Below are positions 17,650 through 27,206 of a DNA stretch of 64,000 nt, one piece after another (the stretch's first letter is position 1; each line of letters starts with the position of its first letter). The stretch spans positions 1 through 64,000 of the forward strand of contig JBKQWE010000085.1 in assembly GCA_052139675.1 (NCBI GenBank), in the 5' to 3' direction. The notes below the pieces were generated by a model. It had not been told where the DNA came from. It saw only the letters and a program-made list of their open reading frames with translations, and ran no database searches. The stretch is from Candidatus Brocadiia bacterium. GTDB lineage: Bacteria > Planctomycetota > Brocadiia > CAIUPP01. A program made the translations under genes and the position numbers.

Positions 17650-17746
17650 CCTCGTAATCGTAATCTTACTCGTAATCGTAATCGCCGTTTTCGATCTCAA
17701 CAAGGCGAAGGCCGAGTACGATTAGGATTACGATTACGATTACGAA
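17650..17746. repeat. Hexanucleotide-stem hairpin element, CGTAAT subfamily, copy C
   Basis: The left arm is identical to copy A (cctcgtaatcgtaatcttactcgtaatcgtaatcgccgtttt). Right arm acgattaggattacgattacgattacgaa. Lies inside a co-directional operon, between the isomerase stop and the GH94-like start. Confidence 0.8.
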
Positions 17747-17761
17747 TGGCGGAAAGTCCGT

Positions 17762-18637
17762 TCACCCGAGCATCTGCACGAACCGCCGCAGGTTGGCCAG
17801 GCTTATGCCGATGCCTTTGAGCGGCTCCTCGATGCCCTCGAACTCGATGGAAAGCACACCGTCGTAGCCGGCTTTTTTCATGATGCCCAGGCACTGGACG
17901 ATGGGCACCTCGCCGTGGCCGATGACGGCGCCGCGCAGGTAGTTGCCGCCGCGCGACTGGAACCAGCCGGCGCCGGGCGCGGGATTGCGGCCGCTCTTGA
18001 CGTGGAAGTCTTTCGCGTGCACGTGGAAGGCATAGGGCATCGCGCGGCCCAGTGCCTGCGCCGGGTCCTCATCCACGCAGAGGAAATTCCCCATGTCCAC
18101 CAGCCAGCCGAAATTGGGGTGATTCACGGCGTTCATCAGCCGCTCGACGCGCGAGCTGTCCTGGGCGAAGAAGCCGTGGTTCTCGATCATCGTGCGGATG
18201 CCGAGATCGGCGGCGAACTCGGTCACGGCGCGGCAGCCTTTCGCGAGGACCGGCAGGGCGTCGTCGAATCCGCGGGGACCCTTGTGCGCGGGCGCGTAGC
18301 CGTACGTCGCATCGTGGCGCATGCCCGGCGCGCCGAGGATCTTCGCCACGCGGACCTCGTCCTTCAGCCGCTCGGCCTCCGCTTTCCAGTCGCCCTTCGA
18401 GCCGTTGAGAAAGTCTGCGCCGATGGTGTAGTTCGCCGCGGCGATCCCGGCGCGGTCGCACAGCTCGCGCAGTTTCGGCGCGAACGACAGCGGCGTCTCG
18501 CCCGCCGGCAGCTTCAGCACGCTGAACTCCACCACGTCGAAGCCCATCTCCTTCGCCTTCGCGGGGATGTCGTTGAACTGCAGCGTGCCGGCGGCCACCG
18601 CCTGGCTGAAACTGTACGAGCTGACTCCGAGTTTCAT
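17762..18637 (-). CDS. Sugar phosphate isomerase/epimerase (xylose isomerase-like TIM barrel)
   Basis: 291 aa with an AP-endonuclease-2/xylose-isomerase-like TIM-barrel pattern (IENHGFF, HVHAKD, LSIEFEG). Confidence 0.8.
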   Translation of the reverse strand: MKLGVSSYSFSQAVAAGTLQFNDIPAKAKEMGFDVVEFSVLKLPAGETPLSFAPKLRELCDRAGIAAANYTIGADFLNGSKGDWKAEAERLKDEVRVAKILGAPGMRHDATYGYAPAHKGPRGFDDALPVLAKGCRAVTEFAADLGIRTMIENHGFFAQDSSRVERLMNAVNHPNFGWLVDMGNFLCVDEDPAQALGRAMPYAFHVHAKDFHVKSGRNPAPGAGWFQSRGGNYLRGAVIGHGEVPIVQCLGIMKKAGYDGVLSIEFEGIEEPLKGIGISLANLRRFVQMLG

Positions 18638-18656
18638 AATCGCTCCTTTGCGCGGT

Positions 18657-19886
18657 TTAACGGGACAGGATTTCCCGGCCCTTGCCCTGCTGGATCAGCG
18701 GCACATAGGCTGCGAGTTCCGGGGAATCCAGGAATTTTCCACGCTGCAGATCAATGGTCTGCCGGCGCTCGTGGCTCATGTAGGCGGCCATCACCAGCTT
18801 GACCACGCGCGCTCCGTAGGCGAAATCGAGCTTGGCGCTCTTGCCCTTTTCCAGGCAGGCAATGGCGTCGCGCCATTCGCCGACGTATCCGTACAGGTCC
18901 GGTTCGTTGGGCTGGACGACGAGCTGTCCGCGGCTAGCCTGGGATTTCTCCAGGGCGAGCTCCGCGTTGCCGACGCTGGCCGCCGCGTCGTCGCTGATGA
19001 AGATACCCGACGACGAGTTGAGCGTGTTGACGTTAAGCGCGTAGCCCGGGCCTATCATTTCCATGTTCAGCCGCAGGCCGGGCGCCTCGTACATCCACGA
19101 ATCGGTGGCCTGGACCACCACGAGCTTTCCGCCCTCGCTCTCGAAGGTGAAAGAGACGCACGCGTAGTCCTCGGCCGGCGTTTTGGCATAGTCCACGCCG
19201 CGCTTCATCAGGCGGCTCTTCCAGGGCTCATTGCCCCATTTGAGCAGGCCCATGTTCGCCGTCAGCGAAAGCGGGATCAGCCGCTTGCCGGAGGCCGGCG
19301 TGGCCAGTTCCTCGCCCACAGCCACGCTGTGGCAACCCATGTCGCACCAGACGCCGCCGCCCTGGCGAGTGGGATCCCAGAACCACGCCTCGTGCGGGCC
19401 GCCGTGCTCTTCCGCGGTGCGCACCAGATTCGGCGGGCCCATCTTCTTCTCGATCGCCAGCAGTTGCTGCCGCGCATTGATGACGGCGGGCATGTGGATC
19501 TGGTTCTCGAAATAAGCGGTCGGCCAGCCCCTGGACTCGATCAGGCTGACGACTTCGTTGGCCTCGGCCACGTTCCGCGCCAGCGGCTTTTCCGCGATGA
19601 TGCCCTGGATCTTGCTGCCCTTGGCCGTGGCTTTCACGATGGCCTTGACCGCCTCGAGCCGCGCGAAGTTGGGCAGGAAGAGACAGACGACGTCGGCCTT
19701 CTGGCACAGGTCCTTGATGCTGTCGCAGACCACGGGCTTGCCGACGCCCGAGGCGATGGCGCGGTCGCGAAGCTCCTCCGCGCCCTTCAACGCGTACACC
19801 GCGCTGACTTCAGCCCCGCGAACCGAGTGCAGGGCCCGCACGTGGAAATTGGCTACGAAGCCCGCTCCGATGATGCCCACTTTCAT
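18657..19886 (-). CDS. Gfo/Idh/MocA family NAD(P)-dependent oxidoreductase
   Basis: N-terminal MKVGIIGAGFVANFHVRAL Rossmann motif and the family's conserved EKPLA motif. Confidence 0.9.
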   Translation of the reverse strand: MKVGIIGAGFVANFHVRALHSVRGAEVSAVYALKGAEELRDRAIASGVGKPVVCDSIKDLCQKADVVCLFLPNFARLEAVKAIVKATAKGSKIQGIIAEKPLARNVAEANEVVSLIESRGWPTAYFENQIHMPAVINARQQLLAIEKKMGPPNLVRTAEEHGGPHEAWFWDPTRQGGGVWCDMGCHSVAVGEELATPASGKRLIPLSLTANMGLLKWGNEPWKSRLMKRGVDYAKTPAEDYACVSFTFESEGGKLVVVQATDSWMYEAPGLRLNMEMIGPGYALNVNTLNSSSGIFISDDAAASVGNAELALEKSQASRGQLVVQPNEPDLYGYVGEWRDAIACLEKGKSAKLDFAYGARVVKLVMAAYMSHERRQTIDLQRGKFLDSPELAAYVPLIQQGKGREILSR

Positions 19887-20072
19887 GACGCTCGCCTCCT
19901 CTCAGGGTTTCGTTCTCGCAGCTCCCGCCGAAAGGCAGGCATGACCGCTGCAAGAATTACGCATTGGAAATCGCCCGCCGTCGCTATCCTGTGAATCAGC
20001 CTTAACAATCCGTCGTACCAAAGAAATCCTGTCAATCCTGTAATCCCGTCAAAACAACCGGGCGATTCCCGC

Positions 20073-21065
20073 TCACGACAGCTTCAACTCGCCGACCTTC
20101 CGCTGCGCGGCGATCAGGCGGTCCTCCCAGTCTTCCTTGTCGGAATCGGGGATGCGCTTCTCGCGCTGCATGGCCTCGTAGACGCGGCTGAGGGACTGCT
20201 CGAGCGAAAGGCGCGGGCGGAACTCGGGCACGTCGCGCATCAGCCGCGCCGGACTGTAGATCACGTTGTAAGAGAAGATCTCCTGGCAGATTCCGCTGTT
20301 CGGCACCTTCGCCGCCACGATCGTTTCGAGCGGCACGCCGACCATCTCCACCTCGCGGCCGATCACCTTCATCGCCGTGCGGTGATACTCGGCCCAGGTG
20401 CCGAACTCGCTCTTCATCATATTGTAAATCTGGCCGACGCATCGGTCGCGGCCGATGGGGAAGACGAACGCCGGCGCCGCGTCGTCCACGTACAGCCACT
20501 GATGCAGCGCGCGGCCGTCGCCGCAGAGGGCGATGGGCTTGCCCTTGCGCACGCGGTCCACCCACGCCGCCTCCCACGCGATCTGCCGCAGCAGGGACCA
20601 GGTCGGCCCGAAGGTGCTGCTGGGCCGGATAATCGTGACCGGAAAACCCTGCCCGTTGTACGCCTCCATGTAAATCCGGTCGGCGGCCGCCTTGTTGCGC
20701 CCGTAGTCGGTGATCGGCCGCAGCGGATGGTCCTCCGTCACCGGGAGCCAGTCGTATTGCACGCCGTACGCGCAGACCGTGGAGCAGTAGACAAGGTGCT
20801 TGACGTCGCGGAACGCGCGCAGCGCGCTGCGGGCGTCGTCGGCGCCGTAGCAGATCATGTGGATCGCCGCGTCGAACCGCTGCGCCTGCATGGCCGCCTC
20901 GAACGCCGCGCGCTCCTTGAGGTCGCCGTGGATCACCTTCACGCCCGCCGGCACCGTGCCGCGCTTGCCGCGGTTGAAGAGCGTCACCTCGTGCCCCACC
21001 TCCAGCAGGAGGCGGACGATGCTCGTGCTGATGTTGCCCGTTCCACCGACGACGCATACGCGCAT
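20073..21065 (-). CDS. NAD-dependent epimerase/dehydratase (SDR family)
   Basis: MRVCVVGGTGNISTSIVRLLLEVGHEV Rossmann motif. 330 aa. Confidence 0.85.
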   Translation of the reverse strand: MRVCVVGGTGNISTSIVRLLLEVGHEVTLFNRGKRGTVPAGVKVIHGDLKERAAFEAAMQAQRFDAAIHMICYGADDARSALRAFRDVKHLVYCSTVCAYGVQYDWLPVTEDHPLRPITDYGRNKAAADRIYMEAYNGQGFPVTIIRPSSTFGPTWSLLRQIAWEAAWVDRVRKGKPIALCGDGRALHQWLYVDDAAPAFVFPIGRDRCVGQIYNMMKSEFGTWAEYHRTAMKVIGREVEMVGVPLETIVAAKVPNSGICQEIFSYNVIYSPARLMRDVPEFRPRLSLEQSLSRVYEAMQREKRIPDSDKEDWEDRLIAAQRKVGELKLS

Positions 21066-21209
21066 GAGATCAATCTCCTGTCACAATAATCAGGTCCGGG
21101 GTTTCGCGGATGAAAACAGTCGCGACCGGCGCGAGTCTTAACGGCGATATTCTACACTCTTTGGCAGGTTCCGCAAGCCCAATTCGCCCCCAACCGCGCG
21201 GCTTGCGCC

Positions 21210-22148
21210 TTAACGCTTTCCTCTTCCGTCGTCGCCGGCGCCATGATGCGCCTCCTCGCGGCTTTCATGTCCGCGATGGCTGTACCGATTGACGATGCCC
21301 CCAATGTCAAAGCCGCCGCCGAAGAGGTACAGGTCCTGCGAATCGTCGTACGAGTACGAACCCTCCGGCGGAGAAATCGGTTGGATATCGAGCACGTCCG
21401 CGGGCGGTATCGGCGGCGGTTGCTGCTCCTCCGGCGGGGCGGGCGGCTGCGGTGGCGGCTTGGGCGTGAGCAGGCGCCTCAGTTCGGCGAGCAGGTCGTG
21501 CCGGGCCTGGACCTGCTGCTCAGCCGCCTGGGCCTCCGCCAGCGTTCTGCGTTCGCCGGCTAACGCAGGCGCGTCAACGGTGGTGTTGGCCGCGGCCTTG
21601 ACGAGGGCGGCGGTCGCGGCTTCGACGCGCTCCGCGGCTTCCGTCAGCTCGTCCTCATTGTCGTTGAGCTTTGCCGAGAGAACTGCGCGCGCGTCGTCGC
21701 CGAGGGAGAACAGTTCGTCGAGGAGCGGCTGGCGCTGCGCCGTCTCGATCCTGCGGATGATGATCGGCGCCATCGTCGCGGCATACTGGTCGGGCGTCAG
21801 TCCCGCGCCGGTCGAGCTCTCCGCGGGCGCGACGGCGGCCAGCCGGCGAAGTTCTCCCAGCGCCGCCGGGCCGATCGCGACGAACCGCTCGATGGCGCTC
21901 TGCCCCTTCATCGCCTGCTCCGACTTGAGCAGCCGCAGCGCCGTCTCAATCGCCTGCTTCTGTTCCGCCGTCGGCGCCGGTGCGGCGATCGGCTGCACGT
22001 ACGTCTCGATCAGCGCGTCCGCCCGTAGCAGCGCCGCCGGGGTGAGGCCCGACTGCGGCTGCGCTGCCGGAGCTTCCGCGCCGGCGAGCCGCGCCGCGAT
22101 CAGCGCCATGCCGAGAGCCCACGCCGCGATTGTGCCGCTCATTTTCAT
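21210..22148 (-). CDS. Secreted hypothetical protein with Pro-rich C-terminus
   Basis: Signal peptide MKMSGTIAAWALGMALIAARLAGA, a helical Ala/Glu-rich body and a PPQPPAPPEEQQPPPIPP tail. The longer track ORF 21210..23138 overlaps the next real gene and is rejected upstream of this ATG. Confidence 0.45.
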   Translation of the reverse strand: MKMSGTIAAWALGMALIAARLAGAEAPAAQPQSGLTPAALLRADALIETYVQPIAAPAPTAEQKQAIETALRLLKSEQAMKGQSAIERFVAIGPAALGELRRLAAVAPAESSTGAGLTPDQYAATMAPIIIRRIETAQRQPLLDELFSLGDDARAVLSAKLNDNEDELTEAAERVEAATAALVKAAANTTVDAPALAGERRTLAEAQAAEQQVQARHDLLAELRRLLTPKPPPQPPAPPEEQQPPPIPPADVLDIQPISPPEGSYSYDDSQDLYLFGGGFDIGGIVNRYSHRGHESREEAHHGAGDDGRGKR

Positions 22149-22267
22149 GAATGCACCTGCCCCTGAAAGCCTCCTCGACGGCCTGCCGGAAATGTACCAC
22201 TCCCGGCTGACAGCCGCAAGGAAAATGCAGCGGCGGCGGCGAACCCGGCTCGACTCGACGCGGGGCG

Positions 22268-24511
22268 CTATTTTCCGAATTGCCGCTGGAACAGCTCGCG
22301 CAACGCCGGCTGCTCCATGGTGACGCTGCCGTCCTGCGCGGCGCGGACGACGGCGCAGCATTCGTAGAGCTGGTAGCCGTCGTAACCGCCTTCGCGCGCG
22401 AGGCGGATCCAGTCGGCCACGACCCGCTCTCCGCCGGGCTTGCGCCAGATATTGTTGGCATAGGGGCAGAAGATCGTCCGAATGTTCCGGGGCCGCGTGA
22501 GCGACAGGACTTCTTCCGCCAGAGGCGTCCTCGGCCAGAGCTCCTTCATCGTCACGCTGTCGCAAAGCCCCTCGCGCAGCCATCGGCGCCAGTCCCAATG
22601 GATTTCCATCGCCGCTCCCTGTTCCGGCTCCATGATGCCGCTGGTGGGGCTGATGTGAAGGCCCATCGGCTTGCCGCGGCGGCGGGTGAGCTCGCGGACC
22701 CGGCGGTAGAACTGCGTGTACGGCTCGCCGCGCAGTCGCCGCCACAGGGCCAGGTTGAAGTCGTCCGTCTCCCAGAGGTCCACGCCGTATCGCTCCAGGA
22801 ACTCGTCGCGCACCGGCTTCTCGAAACCGAACTCCCGCCACGCGAGCGTGCTGTGGTGGTTGCGGACGCGCAATTCGATTCCGTCGGCCCCCGCGTCCAG
22901 GCAGTCCTGCACCCACGTGAGCCACCAGTCCTGCGCCTCGGCGAACGACGGCGAGAGCAGGGCGATGGGCCCTTGCTCCTTGCCGCGCGCGACGGCCAGC
23001 AGTCCGGCGGCGCCGTCCAGCGCGCACCGGGCGCGGATGCCGTCGTAGTCCGGGAAGACGTTGGTCGGCGTGCCGGGCCAGCAGTCGAACTCGACTCCGA
23101 GCGTGCGGAAATCCTGGACCCCGCCGCGCAGGTCGCAATGGTCCGGCTCGCCGGCGGCGGTGCGGGACATCAGGCCGTAGGTCAGCCGCCGCTCTTCTCC
23201 GTTTTCGCCGAATACATGAATGAGGTTGATCAGCGTGTTGGCGAACGATTCTCCGCGGCCCTCGACGGCCAGCGCCAGGTACGGGCTGCGGACCTCCAGG
23301 TCCTTCACCCGCAGGACGCGCGCGCGGCGGCTCTGCCCGGAAGGCCGGCCGCCGGACGAGGTGTGCTCCCAGACGGGATAGTCCTCGACCACTTCCTCGC
23401 GCGTCATCGGACCTTCGTACGGGCGATAGGAGGCGTTGTCATCGCTGACGAAAAGGCGGACGCCCTCCACGGAGAAATCGGCGGGCCGGTCGTCCTCTTT
23501 CACCAGGTCAATCCGCGTGAACGTCCCGCTCTGCGCCGGCCCGAAGACGCCCGGCTTGCGCGACGTGATCAGATCGCGCCGTTGCGCGGCGAAGTTCGCG
23601 ATCCAGCCGATCGGCCCGCCGATCCGAGCGAGCTTGCCGTGGGCCTTCGCTGCCGGCGTCCCTTCGCCGAAACTTTCGAAGAAGCCCATGTCGAACGGCT
23701 TGATCAGCCCGAAAAGTTCCAGGTCATGCGCGTGCGCCGACTCGACGGCGACCGGGAGAATCTCGCCCATGTTCTCCACCGTCCTGGCCCAGTTCCTGTA
23801 GGCCAGGCCGGCGATGCAGCAATCCCACAGCCCGCTCTTGGCGCCGCCGTAGTAGATCCAATGGACGCGCTTCACGCCCCAGCGGTTGAACTCGGCGAAC
23901 AGCCGGTCGAACATGTCGCGGGTGAACGGCGCGTGCATCAGGTCGTCCGGGAGATCCACATTGACCTCGAGGGAGAATTCCCGGCTCGCGCTCGGCGGGT
24001 AAGAAAGAAACGGCCTGGCGATGACTCGGTCGCCCAGGACCCTGACCCGGCGGATGAGGCAATCATCCCGGAACTGGACCCCGATCAGCCCGGCGGTCGG
24101 CCGCGGCTGCGGGACGGCGGCGGAGACGACTTCGTCGCCGTCCACGCAAGCGCGCAGGCGGCCGTCGTTGAACTCGAAGGCCACCAGGTAGAAACCCGCC
24201 TTGGCCGGAATCTCCTTGCGAGTCGCCGCCAGTTGCGACGGTCCGTAGTTCATTATGGAGTGCATGCCGCGCTTGAGGTCCACGACGATGGTGTGCGAGC
24301 CGTCGCCGCAGGCTAGGACCGCGCCGCCGATCGGCTCGACTTCCACCTCGACGTGGAATTCCCGCCAGCCGTTCCCGGGGACGATGAACTCCGCGGAGAC
24401 GGCGCGCCCGCTCCGCAGCGCCCCGCGCTCGAAGCTGCACTCCCGTTCGCGCTCCATCCACTCCGGCGGGAGCTTTCCATTTTCAAACGTGAAGTTCATC
24501 AGATCGCGCAT
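22268..24511 (-). CDS. Hypothetical 747-aa protein, possible glycoside-hydrolase-like (lectin-like N-terminal plus TIM-barrel-like body)
   Basis: Balanced composition and W/Y/F-rich motifs. No signal peptide seen. Start taken at MRDLMNFTFENG. Confidence 0.45.
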   Translation of the reverse strand: MRDLMNFTFENGKLPPEWMERERECSFERGALRSGRAVSAEFIVPGNGWREFHVEVEVEPIGGAVLACGDGSHTIVVDLKRGMHSIMNYGPSQLAATRKEIPAKAGFYLVAFEFNDGRLRACVDGDEVVSAAVPQPRPTAGLIGVQFRDDCLIRRVRVLGDRVIARPFLSYPPSASREFSLEVNVDLPDDLMHAPFTRDMFDRLFAEFNRWGVKRVHWIYYGGAKSGLWDCCIAGLAYRNWARTVENMGEILPVAVESAHAHDLELFGLIKPFDMGFFESFGEGTPAAKAHGKLARIGGPIGWIANFAAQRRDLITSRKPGVFGPAQSGTFTRIDLVKEDDRPADFSVEGVRLFVSDDNASYRPYEGPMTREEVVEDYPVWEHTSSGGRPSGQSRRARVLRVKDLEVRSPYLALAVEGRGESFANTLINLIHVFGENGEERRLTYGLMSRTAAGEPDHCDLRGGVQDFRTLGVEFDCWPGTPTNVFPDYDGIRARCALDGAAGLLAVARGKEQGPIALLSPSFAEAQDWWLTWVQDCLDAGADGIELRVRNHHSTLAWREFGFEKPVRDEFLERYGVDLWETDDFNLALWRRLRGEPYTQFYRRVRELTRRRGKPMGLHISPTSGIMEPEQGAAMEIHWDWRRWLREGLCDSVTMKELWPRTPLAEEVLSLTRPRNIRTIFCPYANNIWRKPGGERVVADWIRLAREGGYDGYQLYECCAVVRAAQDGSVTMEQPALRELFQRQFGK

Positions 24512-25260
24512 GGGCCGCCTTTCATAAAAGCCGGAGCGGTGCTGGTGAAGGACCGGAACTCCGGCTGTCATTGTAGCGGCAAGACGAGCGCGCGGCAAAT
24601 GCAAGAATGGAGCGTATGGCTTAGGGTGTTATATTATAACATGCGTTACTGTAACTAGTTACGACATATATGATGCAAGTTGCGTTGCCAGAGTCAGTTA
24701 TGACGCGCTGGGTTCGTTTTTTCAACTCGTCCCGTAAGCGGTATCATCCGTTCCCCCAGCATCTTGGGACTTTTCACGCATCAACGCCAGAACGAAAGGT
24801 CTCTCGCCAAGACGCGAAGAGCGCCAAGAATAAAAATCAGGTTCTCTTTCGTTCTTCGCGCTCTTGGCGGCTTGGCGAGAGAATTCTTCTTCCTGCGAGC
24901 ATCATATTATAACACCGGATCTTCGGCCGAGAGCGGGCGACCGAAGTCAGTGCGCTTGCCAGTGGTTTCAGTGCGCTTGGGAGCGGGTTGAGTGCGCTTC
25001 AGTGCGCTTCGCAGTGGTTTGGGTGCGCTTTTTTCGGCGAGTTGGATTTGACGCACGTAGGCCTCCGCTCAAGAACGCATCGTTGCAAAACGGCCGCATT
25101 ACACGTATCATAGATAATCTGCGCGCAGGTCATCGCCCATCGCTGACGCAGGCCCCTTGCGTCCGCAGCCCGCCACACGGAGGGCGGGCAAGCCCGCCAT
25201 GCGAACGGCGGGCAAGCCCGCCCATGGCGCGTTGTTTTTTCAGGCCGGTGATCCGGAACT

Positions 25261-27069
25261 ATGATATCGAACGCCTCGCACATCAGGAATATCTGCATCA
25301 TCGCCCACGTGGACCATGGGAAATCCACGCTGGCCGACCGGCTCATTCAGCAGTGCAACCTGGTGACCGATCGCGAGTTCCGCGATCAGATCCTCGACAC
25401 CATGGACATCGAGCGGGAGCGCGGGATCACGATCAAGAGCAACAGCGTCACGCTGCCTTACAAGGCGCTCGACGGCAAGGACTACCTGATCAACCTGATT
25501 GATACGCCCGGCCATGCGGATTTCTCGTACGAGGTGTCGCGCGTGCTGGCCTCGTGCGAGGGCGCGCTGCTGCTGGTGGACGCCGGGCAGGGCGTGCAGG
25601 CGCAGACCGTGGCGCACCTCTTCAAGGCCGTGGAGCACAACCTGGAGATCATCCCGGTCATCAACAAGATTGACCTGGCGACGGCCGATATCGAGGGGAC
25701 GAAGGAGCAGATCGAGGAAGAACTCGCGCTTCCCACGGACGATGCCATCCTGTGCTCGGCCAAGACCGGCAAGGGCGTCGAGCAGATCCTCGAGGCGGTC
25801 ATCCAGCGCATTCCGCCGCCCGCCGGCGATCCGGAGGCGCCGCTCAAGGCGCTGGTCTTCGACGCGATTTACACTCCCTTCCGCGGCGTCGTCGTCGGCT
25901 TCCGCATCATGGAAGGCACCATCCGCCCGGGCGACGTCATTCGCTTCATGTCGAACAACGTCGTCTATACGGTGATGGAAGTGGGGTGGTCCCAGATCAA
26001 GCAGGTCCCGCGCGAGTCCATGAGCGTCGGCGAGGTCGGCTACGTGGTGGCCGGCATCCGGACGCTGGCGGACGTGCGGATCGGCGATACGATGACGCAC
26101 GACCAGAACCCGACCGCGCAAAGCCTGCCCGGTTTCGAGCCGGTCAAGCCGATGGTCTTCTCCTCGATCTACCCGATGTCCGCGAGCGACTACGACGCGC
26201 TGGCGGTGGCGATCGAGCGCTACGGGCTCAACGACGCGTCGCTGGTCTATCAGAAGGACTCGTCGGTCGGCCTCGGCCTGGGCTTCCGCTGCGGGTTCCT
26301 CGGCGCGCTGCACCTCGACGTGGTGCAGCAGCGCATCGAGGAGGAGCACGGCATCTCGCTCGTCCTGACCGCGCCGAGCGTGGTGTATCGTGTCCTGCTG
26401 TCGAACGGCGACGTGGTCGAGGTGGACAACCCTTCGTACTATCCCGACCCGGCCAGGATCGAGAGCGTGGAAGAGCCGTTCGTCCGGGCGTCCATCATCA
26501 CGCCGGAGCAGTCCATCGGGCCGGTGATGACGCTGTGCATGAGCGCCCGCGCGACGAACCCGCGCACGCACTACATCGGCCGCCATCGGCTCCAGGTCGA
26601 AGTGGACTTGCCGCTGGCGGAGGTGATCTACCACTTCTACGAGAACCTCAAGCAGATCACGCAGGGATACGGATCGCTCGATTACACCATGCTGGACTAC
26701 CGGCCCTCGGAGATCGTCAAGCTGGACATCCTCGTCAACGGCGAACGGCTCGACGCGCTCTCGCAGCTCACCCACGAATCCAAGGCGCGGTCCACCGCGA
26801 TGTACGCCTGCGAGCGGCTCGAGGAGACCATCCCGCGGCAGAATTTCAAGATCGCTCTCCAGGGCGCGATCGGCGGCACGATCATCGCGCGCCGGACGAT
26901 CAACGCCCTGCGCAAGGACGTGACCGCCAAGTGCTACGGCGGCGACGTCTCGCGCAAGCGCAAGCTCCTGGAAAAACAGAAGGCCGGCAAGAAACGCATG
27001 AAGATGGTCGGCCAGGTCTCCGTGCCGCAGGAGGCGTTCGTCGCCGTGCTCAAGGCGCCGGGGGACTGA
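25261..27069 (+). CDS. lepA: Elongation factor 4 (LepA)
   Basis: IRNICIIAHVDHGKSTLADRL G-domain motifs with full-length LepA architecture, 602 aa. Confidence 0.95.
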   Translation: MISNASHIRNICIIAHVDHGKSTLADRLIQQCNLVTDREFRDQILDTMDIERERGITIKSNSVTLPYKALDGKDYLINLIDTPGHADFSYEVSRVLASCEGALLLVDAGQGVQAQTVAHLFKAVEHNLEIIPVINKIDLATADIEGTKEQIEEELALPTDDAILCSAKTGKGVEQILEAVIQRIPPPAGDPEAPLKALVFDAIYTPFRGVVVGFRIMEGTIRPGDVIRFMSNNVVYTVMEVGWSQIKQVPRESMSVGEVGYVVAGIRTLADVRIGDTMTHDQNPTAQSLPGFEPVKPMVFSSIYPMSASDYDALAVAIERYGLNDASLVYQKDSSVGLGLGFRCGFLGALHLDVVQQRIEEEHGISLVLTAPSVVYRVLLSNGDVVEVDNPSYYPDPARIESVEEPFVRASIITPEQSIGPVMTLCMSARATNPRTHYIGRHRLQVEVDLPLAEVIYHFYENLKQITQGYGSLDYTMLDYRPSEIVKLDILVNGERLDALSQLTHESKARSTAMYACERLEETIPRQNFKIALQGAIGGTIIARRTINALRKDVTAKCYGGDVSRKRKLLEKQKAGKKRMKMVGQVSVPQEAFVAVLKAPGD

Positions 27070-27090
27070 GGGCGTGCGAATAAGGAACCA

Positions 27091-27175
27091 ATCGTCCTCG
27101 TCCTCGACGTTCTCGTCCTCGTCCTCGAATGGGCGTTCCATACGGCCGAGGACGAGGACGACGACGAGGACGATT
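27091..27175. repeat. Hexanucleotide-stem hairpin element, CGTCCT subfamily, copy D
   Basis: Left arm atcgtcctcgtcctcgacgttctcgtcctcgtcctcga, a loop of about 18 nt, right arm cgaggacgaggacgacgacgaggacgatt. Sits in the 137-bp gap between lepA and hemW. Confidence 0.8.
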
Positions 27176-27206
27176 CACGCAGTACGGTCTTCGCAATCGT
27201 AAAGTT

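Noticed and set aside
21210-23138. 642-aa minus-strand ORF taken at full length
   Set aside because: Its upstream 330 codons overlap the 3' end of the adjacent real gene (22268-24511) in another frame and are Arg/Pro-rich. Only the downstream part from MKMSGTIAAWALG (22148), with a clear signal peptide, is retained.
24948-25036. Five direct repeats of AGTGCGCTT as a mini-CRISPR or tandem tRNA-like feature
   Set aside because: The unit is too short (9-10 nt) with 11-12-nt spacers and no cas genes. No cloverleaf-compatible sequence. Kept only as a possible iteron or TF-binding array inside the lepA upstream finding.
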